Below, one piece after another: positions 1 through 7,349 of a stretch of 42,689 nt of DNA. Position 1 is the stretch's first letter. Each line of letters starts with the position of its first letter. A program made the translations under genes and the position numbers. Source of the stretch: Staphylococcus phage IME1346_01; sequence record KY653125.1, one strand, 5' to 3'. The notes under the pieces are model-generated. The model did not search any database, was not told the origin of the DNA, and was given only the letters and a program-made list of their open reading frames with translations.

Positions 1-18
1 GTCCCCAGTTTGGATACA
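1..18. repeat. attL: attL: prophage attachment-site direct repeat (GTCCCCAGTTTGGATACA) with 14-bp core CCAGTTTGGATACA
   Basis: Matches 42672..42689 at 17 of 18 positions. The core is the reverse complement of TGTATCCAAACTGG, the known hlb attB core of Sa3int phages. Confidence 0.8.
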
Positions 19-54
19 TAGAAACCTTGTAACAACAGTATTTATTGGGTTTGG

Positions 55-74
55 AGTCCCTAATGGGTCCCTAA
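55..74. promoter_or_regulatory. two direct AGTCCCTAA / GGTCCCTAA repeats, candidate integrase arm-type binding sites (attL side)
   Basis: The 9-mer is repeated with an 11-bp period next to the int 3' end. The same 9-mer occurs twice near attR at 42553..42572. Confidence 0.5.
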
Positions 75-75
75 A

Positions 76-1137
76 TTACATACTTTCTAAAATTTTAGTT
101 GTTTTTTTGTCCTCTTCATTAAATTTTTCTTCTAACAAATGAGAATACACGGATGTAGTTATTGCTATATTTTTATGACCTAATCTTTTAGAAATGTAAT
201 GTATAGATACACCTTTTGCTAGTAAATAAGAACAATGAGTGTGTCTTAATGCGTGCGATGTAATAATTGGTATATTATTGACTCTACAGGCTGATTTCAA
301 AGCATTATTGATAGCCTGAAGGTTAATTATAGATCCGGCTTCTTTGAAAATGTAACCATCATAGCTAATTGCAAATGTACTTATGACGTCCATAATGTGT
401 TTCATATCAGATTTAGCGATACTGATATATCTAGGGGAAGTATCGGTTTTTCGCTCGTCAATAAATATAGTGTTTTTCACTTGGTTGATATGCTCAATCT
501 TTATATTTCTTGCACCACTGACACGACAACCCGTACAAATCATTATGAATAGCGCTAATGATGAACGAGTTCTCTTCTTTCTGACGTGATCTTTTAGTAT
601 TTCATATTCAGTTACCGAGATGAATTTTTCTTGTTCTGACTTCGTAGGTTTTCCGGCTTTATAATTAACTTTATAAGCGGGGTTTTTAAAAATAAGTCCA
701 TCATATAATGCGTCATCTAAAGCTGACCGAATAGCACCGTTTGTTTTTCTTATAGTTTCTTTTGCGTGTTCTTTTGAATAGTCGTTTATGAATTTCTGAT
801 AAACTTGTCTATTTATCTTTGATAACTCCATTTTACCTATTTTATGTTTTTGTATATGTTGTAATGCATTTCTATAATGACGGTAGGTATTTTCTTTAAC
901 AACAGGTTGTTTATATGTTTTAATCCAATTTTCGAAGTATTCTTCAAGAGTTATATAGTTATCTATATTAAAACCACTTCTTAACTCATTTAACTTGTCT
1001 AGTCCAGCAGAATTAGCTTCACGCTTTGTTCTAAAACCTTTCTTACGGTATCTTTTTCCTTCATGCTTAAATTCATATTGCCATTTTTTACCATCGTAAC
1101 AACGTGTTTTCATGCGTTCCCTCCTCAAAATTGGCAA
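76..1137 (-). CDS. int: tyrosine recombinase / phage integrase
   Basis: 353 aa with a C-terminal catalytic region (HALRHTHCSYLLAKG...GHKNIAITTSVYSHLL, the R-H-R-Y signature). It sits at the prophage end next to attL. Confidence 0.9.
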   Translation of the reverse strand: MPILRRERMKTRCYDGKKWQYEFKHEGKRYRKKGFRTKREANSAGLDKLNELRSGFNIDNYITLEEYFENWIKTYKQPVVKENTYRHYRNALQHIQKHKIGKMELSKINRQVYQKFINDYSKEHAKETIRKTNGAIRSALDDALYDGLIFKNPAYKVNYKAGKPTKSEQEKFISVTEYEILKDHVRKKRTRSSLALFIMICTGCRVSGARNIKIEHINQVKNTIFIDERKTDTSPRYISIAKSDMKHIMDVISTFAISYDGYIFKEAGSIINLQAINNALKSACRVNNIPIITSHALRHTHCSYLLAKGVSIHYISKRLGHKNIAITTSVYSHLLEEKFNEEDKKTTKILESM

Positions 1138-1146
1138 AAATAATAA

Positions 1147-1163
1147 GGGTAGGCGGGCTACCC
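1147..1163. other. GC-rich hairpin GGGTAGgcggGCTACCC immediately upstream of the int start codon
   Basis: Perfect 6-7 bp inverted repeat followed by a T-run on the minus strand. It may act as a minus-strand terminator or an int regulatory element. Confidence 0.4.
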
Positions 1164-1188
1164 AAAATTTAGTACTAGGTACTAAATA

Positions 1189-1197
1189 TGTTATAAT
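1189..1197 (+). promoter_or_regulatory. extended -10 promoter TGtTATAAT for the 1220..1834 gene
   Basis: Perfect TGnTATAAT lies 22 nt upstream of the GGTGATAAG RBS and the ATG at 1220. Confidence 0.5.
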
Positions 1198-1219
1198 AAA
1201 ATAAAAAGTAGGTGATAAG

Positions 1220-1834
1220 ATGACTCAATTTCTAGGGGCGCTTCTTCTTACAGGAGTTTTAGGTTACATACCATATAAATATCTAACAATGATAGGTTTA
1301 GTTAGTGAAAAAAACAAGATTATCAATACTCCTGTATTATTGATTTTTTCTATTGAAACATGTTTGATATGGTTTTATACTTTTATAATTTTTAATAATG
1401 TTGATTTAAAAAATTTGAGTTTACTTCAGTTGCTTACAGGTCTAAAAGCAAATATTTGGTTTCTAATTATTTTTGTTTTAACAGTGCTTTTATTTAATCC
1501 TTTAATTGTTAAATTCATTATCTGGTTAATTAATGAAACAAGAAAGTTTATGAATTTGGATTGTATAAGCTTATTAGACAAAAGAGACAAGTTGTTTAAT
1601 AACAACGGTAAACCAGTATTTATAGTTATTAAAGACTTTGAAAACAGAATCATTGAAGAGGGTGAACTTAAAACCTATAATTCAGCTGGTAGCGATTTCG
1701 ATTTACTAGAGGTTGAGCGACAAGATTTCAAAGTATCTGATTTACCGTCAAACGATGAATTGTATATTAAACATACACTTGTAGACCTTAAACAACAAAT
1801 TAAATTGGATTTATATTTAATGAATGAATATTAA
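1220..1834 (+). CDS. hypothetical membrane protein (N-terminal 3-4 TM helices plus a roughly 100-aa soluble C-terminal domain); int-proximal moron
   Basis: 204-aa ORF with a strong RBS and its own promoter. It is convergent with the minus-strand lysogeny genes and has no recognisable family. Confidence 0.55.
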   Translation: MTQFLGALLLTGVLGYIPYKYLTMIGLVSEKNKIINTPVLLIFSIETCLIWFYTFIIFNNVDLKNLSLLQLLTGLKANIWFLIIFVLTVLLFNPLIVKFIIWLINETRKFMNLDCISLLDKRDKLFNNNGKPVFIVIKDFENRIIEEGELKTYNSAGSDFDLLEVERQDFKVSDLPSNDELYIKHTLVDLKQQIKLDLYLMNEY

Positions 1835-1956
1835 TCTTTTTTCTTAGCTTTTTCTGATAAAGTGCTTTTTAAGTTTTCGCTGGCACCCGGCTTTTCAAAA
1901 CTTTTGTTTATTGGGTTACTACGAGTAGCTTCTTGTTTTTTATTTTTATCCGCCAT
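1831..1956 (-). CDS. small lysine-rich hypothetical protein (41 aa, MADKNKKQEATRSNPINK...)
   Basis: Not in the ORF track. It has a good RBS (GGTGGTGAG, 8 nt before the ATG) and its stop overlaps the stop of 1220..1834. Confidence 0.3.
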   Translation of the reverse strand: MADKNKKQEATRSNPINKSFEKPGASENLKSTLSEKAKKKD

Positions 1957-1976
1957 AAAATTCTCACCACCATTCA

Positions 1977-2003
1977 ACGTCTACACTTGTAGGCGTTTTT
2001 TTG
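1977..2003 (+). terminator. rho-independent terminator (ACGTCTA-cacttg-TAGGCGT followed by TTTTTTT)
   Basis: 7-bp stem (one G-U pair) followed by a T7 run, downstream of the 1220..1834 gene. Confidence 0.5.
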
Positions 2004-2013
2004 TTTAGTAAAA

Positions 2014-2241
2014 TCATAATGAATCTTCTTTGGTTAACTTATCGCCATCTAATTTTTGTGAAATAAATTCCAAGTATTTACGCGCATTATGTGACGATAA
2101 ATCTTTAGGTAACTCATAAGTGAATGGTTGATTACCACTAGTTAAAACTTCATATACTATAGTTTCTTTTTTTATTTTGCAATTTTTTATTTTCATTATA
2201 AACTTCCTTTCAAACACTGCTGAAATAGACGTCTTTTTCAA
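2014..2241 (-). CDS. hypothetical protein (start probably at the internal Met, giving 60 aa, MKIKNCKIKKET...)
   Basis: ORF lying between int and cI on the lysogeny strand. The internal ATG is preceded by the GAAAGGAAG RBS. Confidence 0.45.
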   Translation of the reverse strand: MKKTSISAVFERKFIMKIKNCKIKKETIVYEVLTSGNQPFTYELPKDLSSHNARKYLEFISQKLDGDKLTKEDSL

Positions 2242-2251
2242 ATAAGCATGA

Positions 2252-2341
2252 TTAATACTTCAATTCTTTAATCCACATATATTTAAAAGTGAGGTAGTAG
2301 GTAATAAATATAAGACTTAAAGTTAAGATTGCTTTTTTCAT
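2252..2341 (-). CDS. 29-aa hydrophobic peptide (MKKAILTLSLIFITYYLTFKYMWIKELKY), candidate small membrane or toxin-like peptide
   Basis: Not in the ORF track. Strong RBS (AAAGGAGA, 7 nt before the ATG), sits directly downstream of cI on the same strand. Confidence 0.3.
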   Translation of the reverse strand: MKKAILTLSLIFITYYLTFKYMWIKELKY

Positions 2342-2395
2342 GTCAATTTCTCCTTTGTTTATATTTATATTAAAGCGCTAAATATACGTTATTAA

Positions 2396-3166
2396 TCACA
2401 ATACAACTTTGCCCATTACTTTAATATCACTAAACGAAGCGACTTTGATATCATCATACTTCGGATTTAGAGATACCAAATTAATATAGTCTTCGCATAT
2501 ATCTACACGCTTGATAAGACTTACTCCATCTAATACAACGAGTGCAATTGTACCATCTTTAATAGAATCTTCTTTCTTAATAAAAGCGTATGTTCCTTGT
2601 TTTAACATAGGTTCCATTGAATCACCATTAACTAAAATACAAAAATCAGCATTTGATGGCGTTTCGTCTTCTTTAAAAAATACTTCTTCATGCAATATGT
2701 CATCATATAATTCTTCTCCTATGCCAGCACCAGTTGCACCACATGCAATATACGATACTAGTTTAGACTCTTTATATCCATCTATAGAAGTGACTTTATT
2801 CTGTTCTTCCAATTGTTCATTTGCATAGTTAAGTACGTTTTCTTGGCGGGGAGGTGTGAGTTGAGAAAATATGTTATTGATTTTTGACATTATCGTTTCA
2901 TCTTGACGTTCTTCATCAGGAACTCGATAAGAATCTACATCATACCCCATAAGCCACGCTTCACCAACGTTCAGAGTTTTAGAAAGTAGGTAAATTCTAT
3001 CTTGGTCGGGTGATTGTACGTCGTTAATATATTGAGATAAAGTGCTTTTACTTAAAGATATACCTAGTTTCTTTTGATAAGGTTTCGATTTATTAATGAT
3101 ATCTACTTGTTTTAAGTTTCTTATTTTCATAATGTGTTTAAGTCTATTTGAAACTTTTTCTCTCAT
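2396..3166 (-). CDS. cI: CI-like repressor: N-terminal XRE-family HTH plus C-terminal S24 (LexA-like) autopeptidase domain
   Basis: 256 aa. The C-terminus carries the GDSMEP serine motif and a downstream Lys (S24 fold). It is divergent from the cro-like gene with operator palindromes between them. Confidence 0.85.
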   Translation of the reverse strand: MREKVSNRLKHIMKIRNLKQVDIINKSKPYQKKLGISLSKSTLSQYINDVQSPDQDRIYLLSKTLNVGEAWLMGYDVDSYRVPDEERQDETIMSKINNIFSQLTPPRQENVLNYANEQLEEQNKVTSIDGYKESKLVSYIACGATGAGIGEELYDDILHEEVFFKEDETPSNADFCILVNGDSMEPMLKQGTYAFIKKEDSIKDGTIALVVLDGVSLIKRVDICEDYINLVSLNPKYDDIKVASFSDIKVMGKVVL

Positions 3167-3202
3167 TTAGTGCACCTCCGTTTGATAACTTCATAATAAA
3201 GC

Positions 3203-3224
3203 TTGTTGAACAAAAATTCAACAA
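3203..3224. promoter_or_regulatory. operator-like palindrome TTGTTGAAcaaaaaTTCAACAA
   Basis: Perfect 8-bp inverted repeat in the cI-cro intergenic region. Confidence 0.5.
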
Positions 3225-3229
3225 AAAAG

Positions 3230-3244
3230 TTCATAAATCATGAA
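3230..3244. promoter_or_regulatory. operator-like palindrome TTCATaaatcATGAA
   Basis: Inverted repeat that shares the TTCA half-site with the neighbouring palindromes. Confidence 0.4.
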
Positions 3245-3257
3245 TTTTTGTATTGAC

Positions 3258-3286
3258 TTGATTCAAAACAAGGTGTAAAGTATAGT
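3258..3286 (+). promoter_or_regulatory. candidate early rightward promoter (-35 TTGATT, 17-nt spacer, -10 TATAGT)
   Basis: Sigma-70-like hexamers with 17-bp spacing upstream of the cro-like gene. Confidence 0.4.
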
Positions 3287-3288
3287 TA

Positions 3289-3307
3289 AGTTCATGATAC
3301 GTGAACT
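3289..3307. promoter_or_regulatory. operator-like palindrome AGTTCAtgatacgTGAACT overlapping the rightward promoter +1 region
   Basis: Perfect 6-bp inverted repeat with the same TTCA half-site. Confidence 0.45.
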
Positions 3308-3324
3308 TGAGAGGAGGTGCTTTT

Positions 3325-3549
3325 ATGTGTTACGACTACTCACGTTTGAGCGGGAAAATAGTAGAAAAGTATGGCACTCAGTACAATTTTGCAATTGCTA
3401 TGAAATTGTCAGAGAGAAGTTTATCCTTAAAACTCAACGGTAAAGTTGGTTGGAAAGACAGTGAAATATGGAAAGCTATACAACTACTAGATATACCGGT
3501 AGAGAAAATACACTTATATTTTTTTAAAGAAAAAGTTCATGTTATATGA
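3325..3549 (+). CDS. cro: Cro-like HTH regulator (XRE family)
   Basis: Start chosen at the ATG after the GAGAGGAGG RBS. It is a small HTH protein divergent from cI. Confidence 0.6.
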   Translation: MCYDYSRLSGKIVEKYGTQYNFAIAMKLSERSLSLKLNGKVGWKDSEIWKAIQLLDIPVEKIHLYFFKEKVHVI

Positions 3550-3566
3550 ACTTAAGGAGGGACACA

Positions 3567-3827
3567 ATGGAACAAATCACGTTAACCAAAGAAGAGTGTG
3601 TCGAACAATGCATCAATAAAGACTTAAAACTTTTAGATTATCGAGTTCAACAAATTTTAGAAGGTGTTCTATCAGAAAGTACCACATACGGTGATGCAAG
3701 AAATAAATTAGAAACATTGAAAATTATTGCTGAATCTCATTTTAAAACCGAACATGCTTCAGTTATTTACAAATTAGCATTGAAAAAGTTAGACGAAAAA
3801 ATCAACGCCACTCCAATTAAAGAGTGA
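3567..3827 (+). CDS. hypothetical early protein
   Basis: ORF with an AAGGAGGGA RBS. Confidence 0.5.
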   Translation: MEQITLTKEECVEQCINKDLKLLDYRVQQILEGVLSESTTYGDARNKLETLKIIAESHFKTEHASVIYKLALKKLDEKINATPIKE

Positions 3828-3846
3828 CGGAAAGGGAGGATTTTAA

Positions 3847-3984
3847 ATGTTTAAGGTTTTAAATGATATAAAAACTTCTTTAAAAAACCATCCTTGGGGT
3901 TGGAAAGAGCACTTACCTTATTTGCTGATGTTAACTCTGTCACTTGTGGCTCTGATTCTCGGTGTTCTGTCCGCGATTCTATGA
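3847..3984 (+). CDS. possible 45-aa small protein with C-terminal TM segment (MFKVLNDIKTSLKNHPWGW...)
   Basis: Not in the ORF track. Strong RBS (AAAGGGAGG). It overlaps antisense to the 3' end of the 3851..4399 minus-strand gene, so only one of the two may be real. Confidence 0.25.
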   Translation: MFKVLNDIKTSLKNHPWGWKEHLPYLLMLTLSLVALILGVLSAIL

Positions 3985-4399
3985 TAACAGGCTTTATATA
4001 GATTCCTTTGTTGGTAGTGACTTTGATAGTCACATCCCATTCCCATATCACTGGATATTCTTCGAGCAAAAAAGTACATTCTACACTTTCATAAGGTCCT
4101 AAAGTAAATGGAATGGAGTAGTTTTTATCTTTATATCGTATAGGTTTGAACGTTTTTTGTTCATTTACTTTATTTTTAATATCAAATTCAACGTCAATAA
4201 CAGAAATGGGAAACTTTGTGAAATTAATAAATGTTATATCGTTGTAACTTGATTTGTCATCGACCAAGTAATTAAAGCTTCTGGTAGGTATAACATCGAT
4301 GTTAAGAGAATCTTTCATATAGTCTAAATAATATTTAAGTGCAGTCAGTAAGAAACTAAAAATTGCGATACAAATCGCGATTATGTCCATACTTATCAC
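3851..4399 (-). CDS. hypothetical membrane-anchored protein (N-terminal TM helix); reverse-strand moron 1
   Basis: 182 aa with an AAGGAGGTGATAAG RBS. It runs opposite to the early operon and no family is recognised. Confidence 0.55.
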   Translation of the reverse strand: MISMDIIAICIAIFSFLLTALKYYLDYMKDSLNIDVIPTRSFNYLVDDKSSYNDITFINFTKFPISVIDVEFDIKNKVNEQKTFKPIRYKDKNYSIPFTLGPYESVECTFLLEEYPVIWEWDVTIKVTTNKGIYIKPVIIESRTEHRESEPQVTELTSANKVSALSNPKDGFLKKFLYHLKP

Positions 4400-4410
4400 C
4401 TCCTTAGGTT

Positions 4411-4435
4411 GATAACAACATTATACACGAAAGGA
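4411..4435. repeat. conserved junction motif GATAACAACATTATACACGAAAGGA (copy 1)
   Basis: Identical 25-mer at 6253..6277 and a 22/25 copy at 9837..9861. The reverse complement contains gTGTATAAT, which would serve as a minus-strand -10. The forward strand ends in the GAAAGGAG RBS of the next plus-strand gene. Confidence 0.6.
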
Positions 4436-4446
4436 GCATAAACAAT

Positions 4447-5197
4447 ATGCAAGCATTAAAAACAAAATCGAACATCGGCGAAATGTTCAACATACAAGAA
4501 AAAGAAAATGGAGAAATCGCAATAAGTGCAAGAGAGTTATATAAAGCTTTGGAAGTTAAAAAGCGTTTTAGCGCTTGGGCAGAAATTAACTTGAAGCATT
4601 TCAAAGAAAATAGGGATTTTACAAGTGTACTTACAAGTACGGTTGTTAATAACGGAGCTGTAAGACAACTAGAAGATTATGCTTTAACACTTGATGTAGC
4701 TAAACATGTTGCGATGATGTCAGGTACAGAAAAAGGTTTTGATTTTAGAGAGTATTTCATCCAAGTAGAGAAAGCATGGAACAGTCCAGAAATGATTATG
4801 CAACGTGCTTTAAAAAATTGCTAACAACACAATCAATCAATTAGAAACAAAGATTGAACGTGATAAACCAAAAATTGTATTTGCAGATGCAGTAGCTACT
4901 ACTAAGACATCAATTTTAGTTGGAGAGTTAGCAAAGATCATTAAACAAAACGGTATAAACATCGGGCAACGCAGATTGTTTGAGTGGTTACGTCAAAACG
5001 GATTCCTTATTAAACGCAAGGGTGTGGATTATAACATGCCTACACAGTATTCAATGGAACGTGAGTTATTCGAAATTAAAGAAACATCAATCACACATTC
5101 GGACGGTCACACATCAATTAGTAAGACGCCAAAAGTAACAGGCAAAGGACAACAATACTTTGTTAATAAGTTTTTAGGAGAAAAACAAACATCTTAA
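4447..5197 (+). pseudogene. ant: phage anti-repressor (AntA-like N-terminal domain plus KilA-C-like C-terminal domain) interrupted by a frameshift in an A6 run at 4812..4817
   Basis: ORF 4447..4824 holds the AntA domain. A second frame opens at 4814 and continues KIANNTINQLETKIERDKPKIVFADAV...QRRLFEWLRQNGFLIKRKG to 5197. Together they read as one typical staphylococcal phage anti-repressor. Confidence 0.6.
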
Positions 5198-5212
5198 TAG
5201 GAGGAACGAACA

Positions 5213-5410
5213 ATGCAAGCTCAAAACAAAAAAGTCATCTATTACTACTATGACGAAGAAGGTAATAGACGACCCGTTAATATTCAATACAACGATGGCT
5301 ACGACTTAATGATAGACCCGCGTTTTATTGAAATGACGCTTGAAAGACATCCGCATTTAAAAAATAACTTTTATGGATTAATAGATGGCAAAGAATTTAA
5401 GTTAGATTAA
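5213..5410 (+). CDS. hypothetical small early protein
   Basis: ORF with a GGAGGAACGAACA-ATG RBS. Confidence 0.45.
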   Translation: MQAQNKKVIYYYYDEEGNRRPVNIQYNDGYDLMIDPRFIEMTLERHPHLKNNFYGLIDGKEFKLD

Positions 5411-5440
5411 ATTTTTGGAAATGCAAAGGAGGCATAACAA

Positions 5441-5581
5441 ATGTTACAAAAATTTAGAATCGCGAAAGAAAAAAATAAATTAAAACTCAAATTACTAAAG
5501 CATGCTAGTTACTGTTTAGAAAGAAGTAACAACCCTGAATTGTTGCGAGCAGTTGCAGAGTTGTTAAAGAAGGTTAACTAA
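5441..5581 (+). CDS. hypothetical 46-aa protein (MLQKFRIAKEKNKLKLKLLKHASYCLERSNNPELLRAVAELLKKVN)
   Basis: Not in the ORF track. Strong RBS (AAGGAGG, 9 nt before the ATG). Confidence 0.35.
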   Translation: MLQKFRIAKEKNKLKLKLLKHASYCLERSNNPELLRAVAELLKKVN

Positions 5582-5595
5582 ATTAGGCCTTATTA

Positions 5596-6237
5596 TTACT
5601 TTTTAGAATGTGAACAATAGGTCGATAAAAAACTTAATAAACAAACTATAGCAACTATCAATGAATTTTGAATATGTAAATCGTTCTCGTTTATATAGTT
5701 TGTTACAAAGATTTGAATGTCAGCACCTGCTGCAATGCCATTAGACCATCTTATTAACTTTTTGAAAGGATGTGGAAAATCATTTTCGATACGTTTGACA
5801 AATTCATCGTGTCTCTTGTAGGTACTTTGCTCATTTATTGGATAGGTCGAATTGATGGCTTCAGCCAAAGTAGAGATAGCAGTTGGATTGATATAAAAAT
5901 CTCTAATGGTCTGTTGTGCTTGAAGTACAATCTCATCATCAAACCTATAGAGTTCCTTAAAAGATTTTATCGTTTCTTCAGAAAATAAATTTCTTTGAAA
6001 TGTTAGAGATGAAAAAGAATTACGCAAATTAAAATTCATTTCAATTAAGTTGTTTAGATGAAAGTCTACTTTGAAGTCAGAAAATAAATTTATGTTGTTT
6101 CTATTAATTATATCTAATTGGTACTTAGGTTTTAAAGATTGTTTAATTGCCATACTTTTAGAAATTTCAACATTACTAATTACGTTATTAATAGAAAAAC
6201 GAACATTTTTTAAAGGATCAATATACACCAATATCAC
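5596..6237 (-). CDS. hypothetical protein with C-terminal TM anchor; reverse-strand moron 2 (start likely at the GTG near 6228..6237)
   Basis: About 210 aa with an AGGAGGTG RBS, opposite to the early operon, no recognised family. Confidence 0.5.
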   Translation of the reverse strand: MILVYIDPLKNVRFSINNVISNVEISKSMAIKQSLKPKYQLDIINRNNINLFSDFKVDFHLNNLIEMNFNLRNSFSSLTFQRNLFSEETIKSFKELYRFDDEIVLQAQQTIRDFYINPTAISTLAEAINSTYPINEQSTYKRHDEFVKRIENDFPHPFKKLIRWSNGIAAGADIQIFVTNYINENDLHIQNSLIVAIVCLLSFLSTYCSHSKK

Positions 6238-6252
6238 CTCCTTTCACTAGGA

Positions 6253-6277
6253 GATAACAACATTATACACGAAAGGA
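6253..6277. repeat. conserved junction motif GATAACAACATTATACACGAAAGGA (copy 2, identical to copy 1)
   Basis: Exact 25/25 match to 4411..4435. Confidence 0.6.
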
Positions 6278-6286
6278 AAGATAGAA

Positions 6287-6607
6287 ATGCCACATATTTT
6301 AAACGTAACAGTTCCAATACCTGAAACACATGTACTTATCACAAAAGATGAATATGATGAGCTAATTGGTTATTCATTAGACCCTGTATGGAACATGAGT
6401 GACTTAAAGAAGAAATTAAAAATTGCATCTGATGAGACTATCAAGGACAGATTACTATTTCATCCTAGATTTGAAAAAGAACTAAGAGCGCAAGGAATTG
6501 TGCATTACCCAGATGAGAATTTTAATCGCTGGAGATTTAACGCAAGAAAGATGAATAAATTCGTCGATGAGCATTTCAATGAAATATATAAGGAGAGAAT
6601 AAAATGA
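6287..6607 (+). CDS. hypothetical early protein
   Basis: 106-aa ORF that uses the RBS from the junction motif. Confidence 0.5.
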   Translation: MPHILNVTVPIPETHVLITKDEYDELIGYSLDPVWNMSDLKKKLKIASDETIKDRLLFHPRFEKELRAQGIVHYPDENFNRWRFNARKMNKFVDEHFNEIYKERIK

Positions 6608-6765
6608 GCAACATTTATAAAAGCTACCTAGTAGCAGTACTGTGCTTTACAGTCTTAGCAATTGTACTTATGCCGTTTCTATACTTCACTACTGCATGGT
6701 CGATTGCGGGATTCGCAAGTATCGCAACATTCATATTTTATAAGGAATACTTTTATGAAGAATAA
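6604..6765 (+). CDS. 53-aa small membrane protein (2 TM)
   Basis: Not in the ORF track. Its ATG overlaps the upstream stop codon (ATGA) and the sequence is hydrophobic. Confidence 0.35.
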   Translation: MSNIYKSYLVAVLCFTVLAIVLMPFLYFTTAWSIAGFASIATFIFYKEYFYEE

Positions 6766-6770
6766 AAAAA

Positions 6771-6796
6771 CTGTTACTCACGGCAATGAGTAACAG
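6771..6796 (-). terminator. perfect 10-bp hairpin CTGTTACTCA-cggcaa-TGAGTAACAG, with a T7 run only on the minus strand
   Basis: The inverted repeat is visible in the sequence. An A7 run sits upstream on the plus strand, which is a T7 run downstream on the minus strand. Confidence 0.4.
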
Positions 6797-6857
6797 TCTA
6801 AACAATTAGAAAATTAATGCATATTCAATATAAAACGAAATAAAGGAAGTGTCAACA

Positions 6858-7118
6858 ATGTACTACAAAATTGGCGATGTATGTCAAAAAGTAATTAATG
6901 TAGACGGATTCGATTTTAAATTAGCAGTTAAGAAACAAGATTACAGCATTCTAGTGAATGTCTTAGATTTAGAAGATAGATTTATCGACAGTATAAATAT
7001 AACAGATGAGAATGATCTATACACAGCATTAGACATATTAAATCAATCTATTTATGAATGGATTGAAGAGAACACAGACGAAAGAGACAGGCTAATTAAC
7101 TTAGTCATGAGATGGTAG
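6858..7118 (+). CDS. hypothetical protein
   Basis: ORF with an AAGGAAGTG RBS. Confidence 0.5.
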   Translation: MYYKIGDVCQKVINVDGFDFKLAVKKQDYSILVNVLDLEDRFIDSINITDENDLYTALDILNQSIYEWIEENTDERDRLINLVMRW

Positions 7119-7127
7119 GAGGTTGCT

Positions 7128-7349
7128 ATGAAGCAGACTGTAACTTATCTAATCAAGCATAAAGATGAAAATCTATTTATTACAAACCGACCAACTGAAG
7201 TGAACGACACAGTGAAGTATTCAACTGATATGCGAGACGCAAGAGAATTCGACGGACTAGACAAAACCGTTATTGATATGTCTAAGCACAAAGCTATTAA
7301 GAAAACAGTGACAGAAACAATTGAGTACGAGAAGGTAGAACATGACTGA
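7128..7349 (+). CDS. hypothetical protein
   Basis: ORF with an AGGAGGTTGCT-ATG RBS. Confidence 0.5.
   Translation: MKQTVTYLIKHKDENLFITNRPTEVNDTVKYSTDMRDAREFDGLDKTVIDMSKHKAIKKTVTETIEYEKVEHD

Noticed and set aside
383-589. 68-aa plus-strand ORF inside int
   Set aside because: Antisense to the integrase catalytic domain and has no RBS.
2511-2828. 105-aa plus-strand ORF
   Set aside because: Lies entirely antisense within cI and is Ser-rich low complexity.
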